From Eledone cirrhosa (taxonomy: Eukaryota), in the NCBI GenBank assembly GCA_964016885.1, contig OZ024740.1, positions 271,560,001 to 271,624,000 on the forward strand: DNA of 64,000 nt. The letters run 5' to 3'. A program made the position numbers and the translations under genes. Numbering within the stretch: position 1 is the first letter of the stretch; each line of letters begins with the position of its first letter. Of the stretch, positions 39,155 through 51,095 are shown piece by piece. The notes under the pieces were generated by a model that did no database searches, was not told the origin of the DNA, and saw only the letters and a program-made list of their open reading frames with translations.

Positions 39155-39475
39155 CTTCTTTGCCCACTTATTATTGGGGGAGTCGTGGAGGCAAAGTCCT
39201 CAAGCACGCCTTCCAGTGGGTCCTGTCAAAAGCAACCGTGTGCAATTAATCCGGCTGGATCCCCAAACGAGACCAGCCGAGCTCATAGATGTTATTCAAC
39301 CATCTTGCTCGGAGTCTACCTCTGGGTCTCCTGCCAGTAAAAACTGTCCAACGATTCTTTCTTGGCACATTATAATCACATGTCCGTAGTATCGGGGCTG
39401 TGATATCTTAATTCGGAGAAGTAGCGGCTCTACCTGGAATGACTGATCTGCGAGCTACACACATTATCGAGTATG
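39155..39475 (-). mobile_element. 3' fragment of the RTE family seen at 7068-7953
   Basis: Reverse-complement similarity to 7620-7950 (gcccactt..att, ggatccccaaacgagaccag, gagaagtagcggctctacctgg). Confidence 0.75.
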
Positions 39476-39567
39476 GTTACTCTAAAGACTCTCACAGGAG
39501 GTAGTTTTGTCGACCAAACTAAAATACTCAGCATTGAAAACGACAGATCCATTTCACAAACACACAT

Positions 39568-39613
<46 letters not shown>

Positions 39614-40617
39614 AAGAATTCGTGAAGATGTTGAGTAATTTTTTCAAGTGAAAACTTGCATTAGATCGTAACTAGCAATAATCCATGTGCAAAGATTTAA
39701 CTTTTTTTCAAGTCAACGGAAGATGAAGAAATAGTTTTCACCAAATTATTGACAATCCCGAGTCAAATAAATGTTTCAGCGTTATCAAAAAGCAACAACA
39801 ACAACAAAAAAACATCTCTTAATCATTCTAAACAATCATTTCTAAACAATCACTTGTTTAGGCTTAATACCAAAAGCTAAAGGTTGCTTGTTACCCATAA
39901 TTAAAGATTTAGCGACCCAAACGCCAATAGCTTAACGCTTCAAATCGATGACAAATAATCGATTTCTTCATTTAATTTAGTGTTCATATTTCAAGTAAAA
40001 ATCGTTTTGTGGTACCGAGCTAAATAACGACCCCACACACAAACACACAGTCGGCGGTGATCAGAAATAAAAATCTCTAATGCATAGTACATGTAAATAA
40101 TTGTTTCTACTTTAGGCACAAGGCCAGCAATTATCCAGTGCATTACTGGTACTTTATCTTATCGACCCCGTAAGGATGAAAGGCAAAGTCAACCTCGGCG
40201 GGATTTGAACTCAGATCGTAAAGGGACGTAACTATGCTGGAAAGCATGGCGTATGTAAATAGTGATTAGAGAAACGAACAAATTATTCGGAATTCCTTAA
40301 AGCATTCATACAAATATACACACATGCTACATTATTAATGAATATACATACGAACAGCGGGTATTAACAACTAACTATATCAGCGTAAAAATATATTTTA
40401 TATTAACAAGAATCTTAACTAATCTACATACCGTATGTATTATTCGCTTAATTAGTAACACTGGAATAAAATAATGTAATAAGTTTTCTTCAAATTTATG
40501 TACTCTTAATGAGATTGTAAACTGGGTCCCTGTGTCATGTGGATGTACATATTCGTTTGTTCTGAAGGGATAGTTTGAATTTTCCCAGTTTAAATATCGT
40601 TATATATACATATACAT

Positions 40618-40648
<31 letters not shown>

Positions 40649-41443
40649 GATATATATATATATATATATATATTGACAGAAATTACTGGAGCAGATATCG
40701 AGTGAATTATTTCTCGTCCATGTGGGTGTGTATATTCGTTTATGTGTAAGAATAGTTTGAATTCTCCAAGTTAAAATACCGTTATATATATATATATATA
40801 ATATATATATATATAAAATATATATATATATATTAAGCGAAACTGCTGGAGCAGGTATGAAGAGAGTTTATACAGAAAGTTAACCAGCAGACACAGAACA
40901 TTATAATACATCAAGCTGGTTATCAACAGATAGACGACGTATACACAATAAAAAAAATATTATAAAGAGGACGGTTTAGTGATGATGCTATTTATTTATG
41001 CTATTACTATTAGTTACAAAAACACAACGGTATTGGAAGAGGGGGGGACAATACAAAAGCACTGTACACACTAATATATATACACATATATATATATATA
41101 TATATATAGGCGATGTATTTATATATACATGTATAAGCTATGTGTTTACTGCTCAAGGTAATATTGAATGAGGACACGTAAAAAAGGGTGTTGTTAAGAA
41201 ACCCAAAGAATATAACGATATATAAATATACGTATATTTGCACACGAAAAACAATACGATGTGTGTGTGTGTGTGTGCGAAGGCAAATCTTCACCGAGTG
41301 TCTTTCAAAATGGCGGTTTGTTTAATTTTTACGATATTCTTTTCGTATCACTATTATTTCAGTTTGTTTTCCACCTTTTTTTTTTCATATCAAAAAACTA
41401 AATCATTATAAAAAAATAAATGATAATGACATATCGAACTTAC

Positions 41444-41660
41444 CGGTTATCATTTCATGTTGTTGTTTTCTTTTTTGGAGGGGCTGTTGTTATTTTTTGT
41501 GGGGTGTTATTTTTTTCTAAATATTGAGAAAATTAATAATATTAGAAATATTATCCAAAATAGAGTTAAACCAGTGAAAACTGTTGGTTGGATTTTGGTT
41601 TGTTGAAAAAAGAGAAATGTGTCAACGCATCAGGCGTGTCTTCCGTTGTAGATATTAACT
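41444..41660 (-). promoter_or_regulatory. Candidate non-coding first exon / promoter region of CUL1
   Basis: Strong minus-strand donor CCG|GTAAGT at 41443, non-repetitive sequence, YY1-like AAAATGGCGG at 41307-41316. There is no transcript evidence. Confidence 0.35.
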
Positions 41661-42694
41661 CTGTCCGACAACTCACGTTTTTTCTCTCTCTCTCTCTTTT
41701 CTCTTGTTCTTATTGTTGTTTTTAACCCGTCTCAGTTATCTCCTCTTTACATATATCTTCCTTTACATTAGAACTCTTCTAATGTTGGGAATTTCAATTG
41801 TAGAATTCCTCTTAACAATTTCAAAAATATATATTTAACAGAAGATTATTTTCTTTTCCTTTTTTTTACTGATCTCAATCATTAGACTGCGACCATGCTG
41901 AGACGATATTGCCTTCAATGATTATTTAGTCGATTATATCGACCAAAAATACCTTGTCTGCTATGTTATCGACCCTGTAAGAGGAAAGAAAGTCAAAATT
42001 TGTCTTGTCTTCGACTATAATTCCATTCACATCCTGGATGCATTATAGGAATATAAATCGATAACACTACTTGATTAGTAGTTGTGGTTGTTTTTATCGA
42101 CCCTGGATATATTTAAAAAAAACAAAATTGATCTCAGTGATATTCGAAGTCAGAACTTTAAGGGCCGTAATTAAATATTGCTAGACATGTCCGATGTTCT
42201 AACGATTCTGCCAATCCATTGCGGTGTAATCCTGGGATAAAGGGACATAACTGGAGTGGAACGGAATACTATAAGGTATTTTTGTTTGACACGCCGATTT
42301 TCATCCTAAATCGGTATGTGTATAAGCTAAAGAAAATTATATATATATATATATATAAGTTAACAGAAGTCTGATTAGCTTTTGATCGAACCTTGAGCTG
42401 ATAAATCGCGAAACACGCGTCGTACTTGAATAAACTTAATGAAAATTTGACATCTCGTCCATACTTATTATATGTGTATTGGCAGTATCGGAGAGGGTCG
42501 GATGCCATGCTTTGACGCAAAGAGTTACGGCCCTTTCCATTCTGAGTTCAAATCCCGCCGAGGTTAATTTTGCCTTTCATCCTTACGGGGTCGATAAAAT
42601 AAAGTACCAGTAATTGTCTGAGTATTTGTTGGCCTTGTGCCAAAAGTAGAAACAATTATATATATATATATTTATATATGTATATATATTGTTT

Positions 42695-42727
<33 letters not shown>

Positions 42728-42750
42728 TGTTTTATATATATATATATATA

Positions 42751-44268
42751 TATCATCATCATCATCGTTTAACGTCCATGTTCCACGCCTGCATGGGTTT
42801 GGACGGGAGTTTTCCCACTTGAGGCAAGAGTGGTTGTCTTGCCCGCATAGGACTGTCTGGCGGGTTCTCTACAGCTGGATGCCCTTCCTAACACCAACCA
42901 CATTTACAGTGTGGGACTGGGAGGTTTTTACCGTGTTGCCGACACGGCCACATTACAGCGTGGACTGTGTGTTTTTTTGTCGTGACACCTACACGATCTC
43001 ATTTGTTTCGGCCTGGATGTTGTGGCACCAACATAACTTTACATTGAAAGGGATGGGGTGGGGGTGGGGGGACGGGGGTGTATTTTGTTAGAGATGCCTA
43101 CTGACTGGAGTAGGTTTTACTTTGTATTTAGGTAAGGCGGGTCTTCTCTATTACTGAGTACCGCCAAAGATCTCGGTCCAGTGACATTGTCTTGGAGAGG
43201 TGTAAGTGTGTGAGGTCGGAATTTATCAGGTCGTCCGAGGTTTTTCTGGGTCTGCCTACTCCGTGGCTACCGTCTATCTTTATTGCCCTGCACTTTTTTA
43301 TACAGCTGTCGTCTTTCATGCGCATCACATGACCATACCAACGTAGCCTTCTCTCGAGTAAACAACATCTGATCCCTCTTATTTCTAATTTTTCCCTTAG
43401 TTCGTTTGTGCTTTGCCGTTCACGTATATTACTATTACACATCCAGCGGAGCATGCAAGCTTCGTTTCTCTCCAGTCTGCGTATATCCTCTGCACACAAT
43501 GCCCAGGTCTCACTGCCATGCAACATTGCTGTTCGTATGCAGGCATCATACAGCCTCCCTTTCATTTTTAGGGAGAACCCTTTAGCAGCTAATAGTGGTA
43601 TAAGCTCTCTGAACTTTTTCCATCCAGTTCTGACTCTAGCTACTGTACTTTCAGAGCACCCTCCCCCACTGCTGATTTTGTCACCCAAGTAATGGAAGGT
43701 GTCCACTATTTCTATAGAACCCTCTGCGCAATTGAAAGAGCTAGTATTTTGTGGGCACTTGCTGCTACTTATTGCACCAGAGCACCGGCCACATGTAAAA
43801 TCTATGTTCTTAGTTAGCTTACCTGTGATCCCACTACATCTTTTATGCACCCATACTTTGCATTTGGGACATAAAATGGAGTTTCTACCTACGCCTTTCC
43901 TACATACTGAGCATGGCCATTTCCCGGAAGGGACCGGCGCCTTATTTTCTTTCCTACAAACTAGAACTTTAGTCTTAGCTAGGTTAATTTTAAGGCCTTT
44001 TGACTCTAGGCCGTGCTTCCATGTTTGGAATTTCTTCTCTAGCTCGGCCATTGATTCAGCTATGAGCGTTAGATCATCTGCGTATAGGAGTTCCCAAGGG
44101 CAGCCGGTCTTGAACTCCACTGTTATAGCCTGAAGGGCAATAATAAATAGTAGGGGCTAAGAACAGAGCCCTGATGAACACCAACTTTTACGCTAAACTC
44201 TTCACTATATTCATTGTTAATTCTAACCTTGCTGACTGTTTCTTTATACATGGCTTGTATAGCTCTGT
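42751..44268 (-). mobile_element. 5'-truncated RTE LINE (RT C-half with PHD-like finger, open 330 aa) plus 3' UTR
   Basis: ORF 43128-44120: [22 protein letters not shown]...HKRC...[20 protein letters not shown]; (GAT)n tail at 42751; between (TA)n tracts. Confidence 0.93.
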
Positions 44269-44274
44269 ATAGCT

Positions 44275-44309
<35 letters not shown>

Positions 44310-44357
44310 AGACGTAAAATAAGAAAATTATAAAATTAACTTACTTACTAAAATATC

Positions 44358-44442
44358 ACTTCCAACTAATTAGTTTCTGGAATGGAGTAAATATATTTTT
44401 TCAGAAGAATAATATAGAGAAGCATTCCGTCGTCAGGAAAGT
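44358..44442 (-). ncRNA. Type-I hammerhead ribozyme-like motif
   Basis: ACUUUC-CUGACGA-c-GGAAUG...CAUUCC-a-GAA-ACUAAUUAGU(palindromic stem III)-U|GGAAGU; stem I 6 bp including one GU. Confidence 0.6.
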
Positions 44443-44927
44443 CTATTCTCATGTAAGTTTCAAGGCAAAGCGAGGACACTGGAAACTTATTAAAAATTAA
44501 TTCACTGGATAGGAAATAGCGAAGCGTGGACGTCTCTTATATTATTGTTCTGCAACCCCATGCATTGAACCATACTGTTATTAAGACAAAACCTATATAT
44601 TTGCTAGCATTGATATGCATCTGTATGTATATATATGTTACTAGATATGAATTCTTTATTATTATCTCCAAATTATTTGTCGAGCAATATTGGCCATGAA
44701 TGCTGCTACAGTTGTAGGCAGGCCGCTGTCTTATTAGCAAACCACTTTCCACTGATTGACCTCGATGTCACGTGTTCGATTCTTTTTGAATTTGCCACAG
44801 ACGTAGAGGCAGTGATTTTCTCAATGGCTTGGAATTCAGTCCACGCTTCGCTATTTCCTATCCACTGAATTATTTTTTAATAAGTTTCCAGTGTCCTCGC
44901 TTTGCCTGGAAACTTACATGAGAATAG

Positions 44928-45010
44928 ACTTTCCTGACAACGGAATGCTTCTCAATATTATTCTTCGGAAAATATATTTACTCCATTCCAGAAACTAATT
45001 AGTTGGAAGT
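44928..45010 (+). ncRNA. Second copy of the hammerhead-like motif with G8>A core mutation (CUGACAA)
   Basis: actttc CTGACAA cggaatg...cattcca GAAACTAATTAGTT ggaagt. Confidence 0.5.
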
Positions 45011-45638
45011 GATATTTTAGTAAGTAAGTTAATTTTATAATTTTCTTATTTTACGTCTCTTATATTATTGTTCTGCAACCCCATGCATTGAACCATACTG
45101 TTATTAAGACAAAACCTATATATTTGCTAGCATTGATATGCATCTGTATGTATATATATGTTACTAGATATGAATTCTTTATTATATATATATATATATA
45201 TATATTGAGAAAAGGAAGAGAGGCAGTATCATATTCAACATCGTTTCATTTCATTACATCATCCTGTTATACACATTTCATGTGTTTTCATCAAACAGGC
45301 AGCAGTTCGAGTGTAAATAAAAATATGCTTGGCAATCATCAAGCAGCAGATCAACAAAAGCAAACTATTTTTATTTACATTCAAATTGCCTGACTGATGA
45401 AAATGTATGGATAATTGTTGAATAATAACCTCTCTGTACCTTTAAAATGTGCATAACAGGATTAATGTATGGAATAAAACGCTGTTGAACATGTGATACC
45501 ATCACTCTTCTTTTTCTTAATATTGATATTCCACCTGATACCATACACCTTGTGGCAGCTGTGATGCCAAGTGGTTCCGCCTGATTACAATATTGTTGGT
45601 TGATTAATTGGATCAGTAAACACACATTATCATAAAAA

Positions 45639-45705
<67 letters not shown>

Positions 45706-47130
45706 ACGGCTAAGAGAAAAGAGTATTCAGTACTGAAGTAGCGTGTTAATATTCATTTTATTCACTAAATAGTGAGTCTTGTTATTCTGAAGTTTCTCCT
45801 GTTTATTACATGATTATCAGAGTAGCAAGGCTCACTATTTAGACTTAATAAAATGAATATACATATAGATATATAGATATAAAACATTATCATTTAACAT
45901 ATATATATATATATAGCATTGTCATTTAACAGCCTACATTTGGACAGGTCACCACATCACCACTAATCACCTCACATACATTCCCATAATCTTACACACA
46001 CTCTCTCTTGCTCTCTCTCTCTCTCTCTCTCTCCAGAACCATGAGTGCAATTTTGTGGCACCAGCACTAAGGAGGTTGTCATATCTATGACACAATTGAA
46101 GAGTCTTCTCGACCTTTTGTTTAGCAACATTTCTGTGACTGGATGCTTATCCTATCAACAACCACTTTACAGAGTGTACTGGTGTGTTTTATGTCACCAA
46201 CACCAGAGAGGTTGTCATGTGCATGACACAATTGAAGAGTTCTCTCGCCTCTCTGTTTGACATGGTTTCTACGGTTGGATGCCCTTTCACAGTTCCTCAG
46301 AGTATGGAATGGACCTCAATCAGTTTTGACTACTATTGTTCCAGTTGTTCTATCAATGGAGCAGCTTGCTCATGAAATTAATGTGTGAGTGGCTGAGCAT
46401 TCCATAGACACAAGTACCCTTAACATAATTCTCAGGGAGATTCATCATGACTCATTATATGATTAGGCAGATCCTTTGAATTACAGGTACAGTCCATCTG
46501 ATGGATTTCCAGTCTCCATCTACTCAATTTCACTCACAAGGCATAGGTCAACCCAAAGCTAGGGTAAATGACACTTGCTCAAGTGGGATCAAAACCAGGA
46601 CCCAATAATTGTAAAGCACTGTAATGGTCATGTAGGTGTCATGACAAAAAGCACCCAGTCCACACTATAAAGTGATCGTGTAGGTATCACGATAAAAAGC
46701 ACCCTGTACACACTGTAAATGTGGTTGACATTAGGAAGGGCATCCAGCTATAGAAACCAAGCAAAATTAGTTCTGAATGAGCAAGACACAGTCATCCGAC
46801 CTGGCTTGTCTCACAACGGGGCAGCCTGTCTAATCCATACTAGCATAGAAAAATGGACATTAAATGGTGATGAAGATGATGAATATGATAATAAACTTCT
46901 TAACCATTCGGTCATGCTGCATCCACTCCCCAGACTATACAATATACAGAAAGACTGCCTTATTAAGCAACAGCCCATAAATTATGGAAAATATTGATGT
47001 AGTCGATCCCAAGCCTAGAATAAACTGATAAACTGTTGTTCAATCATGTAGCACAATAACAATTGTCGATCAACAGTTGACTTAAGAAGTATTGGGAAAA
47101 TTTGATATGGGAATCACAAATAACCATTAC

Positions 47131-48018
47131 AATAATTGTTTCTACTTTTAGCACAAGGCCAGCAATTACCCAATGCATTACTGGTACTTTATTTTATCGA
47201 CCCCGTAAAAGGATGAAAGGCAAAGTTAACCTCGGCGGGATTTGAACGCAGAATGGGAAGGGCTGTAACTCTATGCGTCAAAGCATGGCGTCCGACTCTC
47301 TACCGATACTGCCAATTACAATAATAGTCAATCACTACAAATAATATAGTTTCTGATTTAGGCACAAGGCCAACAATTTTGGTGGGAGGGGAATATTGAT
47401 TAAATCAACCCAGTGTATTATTGGTGCCTTATTTTATCAACCTTGTAAGGATGAAAGGCAAAGCTAACCTTGGCGAGACTTGAACTCAGAACATAAAAGG
47501 ATGTAACTATATGTAGCAAAGCATGTTGTCCAATGCTCTACTGATTCTGTCAATCCACCACCCTGATCACTACAAATAATTGTTTCTACTTTAGGCACAA
47601 AGCCAGCAATTTTGAGGGGAGGAGAAAGTCAATTAAATCAACCCCAGTGTATTACTGGTGCTTTATTTTATAAACCCTTAAGGATGAAAGGCTAAGCTAA
47701 CCTCAGCAGGATTTGAACACAGAACGTGAAGGCCCGTAACTCTATGCCGCGAAGCATGTGTCCGACGCTCTACCGATTCTGCCAATCCACCGCCCTGATC
47801 ACTACAAATAATTGTTTCTACCTTTTGGCACAAGGCCAGCAATTACCCCAGTGCATTACTGGTGCTTTATTTTATTGACCCCGTAAAGATGAAAGGCAAA
47901 GTTAACCTCGGCGGGATTTGAACTCAGGCCGTAAAGGGCCGTAACTCTATGCCGCAAAGCATGGTGTCCGATGATCTACCGATTCTGCCAATCCACCACC
48001 TTGACCACTACAAATAAT
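47131..48018 (-). mobile_element. Tandem array of four tRNA-derived SINEs
   Basis: Each copy has an A-box-like TGGCAGTATCGG, B-box GAGTTCAAATCC, central TTTGCCTTTCATCCTTACGGGGTCGATAAAATAAAGTACCAG and an (ATT)n tail. Confidence 0.9.
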
Positions 48019-48243
48019 AACAATGGTTAACACACTTATCTGGCATCTGAAAGATGCAGAGTTTGATTCCATGCAGGTTCCTCTGTCCACATTTGAGTCA
48101 CCAGCGGTACTTTACCCATCTTACTACACTATTATTTAAAGTAATTGACTATTATTGTAATGGTAGTTTTGTATTAGAACACTCATTTTAAACAATGGAT
48201 CAGTCATGAAGGATAATAACAACTGTTAATATAGACATGGCTG

Positions 48244-48527
48244 CAGACGTGTAACTAGGGTATGGCAAGCATGGCTCGTGTCATGGGTGACATTTAAAGC
48301 GGAGTGCCACTTGAACTAGGAGCACTTTCTATTCAAGTCAGGTAAGCTATCGTTGGAGAGTGAGATGTATGATCTATCTCTGATTATCGTGGGTGAGAAG
48401 CACTATGATGGCTGGATCACTAAACTATTTATATGAATTATTAGGTCCAAAGTTAAAAATACAATGCTATGCCAGAGCACAATTTCACTGCTTGCCATAG
48501 GCACTATTTTCCCTAGTTACGCCTCTG
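48244..48527. mobile_element. hAT-like MITE
   Basis: CAGACGTGTAACTAGGG ... CCCTAGTTACGCCTCTG; degenerate 8-bp TSD catggctg / cgtagctg. Confidence 0.6.
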
Positions 48528-50718
48528 CGTAGCTGAGAAGTTAAGGATAATGCATGCATGCTCCCGTAACTTGGGGAAGTCGTAGTGGTGCCCTATTGAC
48601 ATACAGCAGTTCAAGATCATATTTTAAACCTGGTGGATCCCATCTCCTCTCCATGTCTGAATACAGCAGATTTCTTCCTGAGAAGGATGGAGAGTGAGAG
48701 AATAAAAGTGAGAAACAGATATAGAGGAAGAATCGACCCAGTACTAGACTGGTACTCTTTTATCGACCACGAACGGAAGAAAGGCTAAGTTGAGCTCAGT
48801 GGGATTTGAATTCAGAGAGCAGAGAGGTGAAACAAATACTGCAATGCATTCTAACTGATATTCTAACAACTCTACTAATTCACTGCCTATAGTTAAGGAT
48901 AACAATATCTGTGAATATAGACATGGTTGAGTAGTTAAGGTATTTGCTTTTCCATCACAGGGTTCCTGGTTTATTCCTATTGCATAGCATATTGGGTAAA
49001 TGTCTGTTACCATACACTAGGGGGACTCTTCAGGTGTGTCATAGACATGAGAACCTCCCTAATGTTGGTAATCTACACAATAAAAGATCACCCAGTACAC
49101 TCTGTAAACTGGTTGTTGATAGGAAAGGCATCCAGCTATAGGAAACCTACTAAACAAAGGGCTGAGAGTATTCTTCAGCTATTCCAAAGACGTGACTACT
49201 GCCCTAGTGTTGGTGCCACTATAAAATGCACTTGGTAGAGCACAAGTTTGTATGTAGAGACCCCACTTTAGTACTGACCACTCTGCGACATGTTAAACCC
49301 ATGCTAATAGGCAAAACAAGCAGCTGACCTAAACCTTGTAAAATTGGGTTGACAGAAACTGTGTGGAAGCCCATTCAATGGATTGTACCGGTAATTCAAA
49401 GATCCATCCTTGACACATAGTTTTACAATAATTTGGTTAGGTAATTACTTTAAAGATACTCGTATGTGTGTGGAATCGGCTACTCGTAATTGTAAGCCCC
49501 ATGATGTTGAGTGGCTGTTCCATCGCATCTTCTTCACCATCCTGTCTTCCAGAACCATGAGGCAGACAGACCCTTAAGTTTCATTTATGGTGGTGGCATG
49601 TAGAATAAAGTTCTCTCACATTGTTATGTTATGTATCAACAAATTTTTTTTTCAACAATTATTAACGAAGTGAACCACCATACATTAAGGATTTAACAGT
49701 TTCATTCTACCTTTATACTCTTTGTCTTTATCTTCAACCTTTAGTTTCTCTTCTGCTCAGCCATGTTATATGTTAATTTAATGTGTCAGATAACTAGTTG
49801 ATTAAACAACTGAATGCTCATTGTCAAAACTGATGGAAGCTTCTTCTTCTTCTTCATCATCATCATCACCATCACCACCACCACCACCATCATCTTCATC
49901 ATCTATTTTCCACGCTTGCATGGGTTAGATGGGTTGTCCACATTATTAGACAAGTCTGGCCAGTTGGCCACGATGTACTTTGGTCAAACAGAACTGGATT
50001 TTGGCTGGATGCCCTTCGCAACACCAACTACATTTACAGTATAGAACTGGATGATCCTGCTATGAGGAAGGTCTGGTTAGTAGGCCATGCCCTACCTTGC
50101 TCATAGCGAAACCATCATTAATTTAAATGCCCCAATACACTCTGTAAGAGGTTGGTGTTAGGAAGGACAGCCAGCCATAAGAAACCATGTCAAACAAAGG
50201 GGCACTGGATTGCACTGCCCCTTACTTTTCAACAGTGCACCCTCAGATTTAGAAAATAGAGTTTATAAAAAAATATCCTAAAATATGTTCCTTGTGAAGT
50301 CTCTTTCTTCCTCCACCCAGGGTTACCCAGAGCACCAAAGCCTTGCAATGATCTAAGAAGAATGTTGGTTGTGTCAAAGACATGACAACTTCTCTAGTGT
50401 GGGTGTCATGATAAAAATAGATGTAACAAAAATAGATGTGAAAAATAGATGTAACAAAGAGAGGGAAAGTGTAAAGCCTGAGACTTATTACCTTTTCAGA
50501 TAACAAAATAAGTTTATTTAAGGAGAGTGAAGATATAAATATTTGGATGAGAAATAAGGTAATGATAATGAGAGGTAAAGTTAGGGAAGAATATAAGCTA
50601 AAAGAGCTTTACAAAGGATTCCTGAAAAATACAGAATTACTTCTTCTAAACTCTCATATATGGGTCACAATTCTAGTGTTTCACAGCATCTTTAAAAATA
50701 ACAAAACTAGAGAAATAC

Positions 50719-51095
50719 TTCTTCACCCACTTATTCCTGAAAGGGTCGTGGGGGAAAGTTTTCAAACACTCCTTCCAGCGGATTTAGTCAGAAGCAACTG
50801 TCTTCAATTGATCCATCTGGATCCCCAAGCAAAATAAGCAGAGTTCATGGATGTTATCCAACCATTTTGCTCGGGGTTTACCCCTGGGTCTCCTGGCAGT
50901 TGGTTTTGCCCGTAAAATCTGCCCAATGATTCTCTTCTGAGACATTCTAAACACATGCACATAATATCAGAGTTGAGATCTGTCAATTCGGAAAAGTAGT
51001 GGCTCTACTTGGAGCAACTCTCCGATCTCCCAGCTATGCACTCTATTGAGTAATGTTATTCCTAAAAACCCTTCAGAAGTACCATTTCAGCCATT
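50719..51095 (-). mobile_element. 3' fragment of the RTE family seen at 7068-7953
   Basis: cttcttcacccacttattcctga...ggctctacttggag similarity to 7560-7950. Confidence 0.75.

Larger units (their letters stand above)
44304..45185. mobile_element. Non-coding element with inverted + partial tandem repeats and hammerhead motif (Penelope-like pLTR / retrozyme candidate)
   Basis: 44304-44531 is the reverse complement of 44839-45064; 44530-44662 is directly repeated at 45053-45185 (period 523); (TA)n on both sides. Confidence 0.7.
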
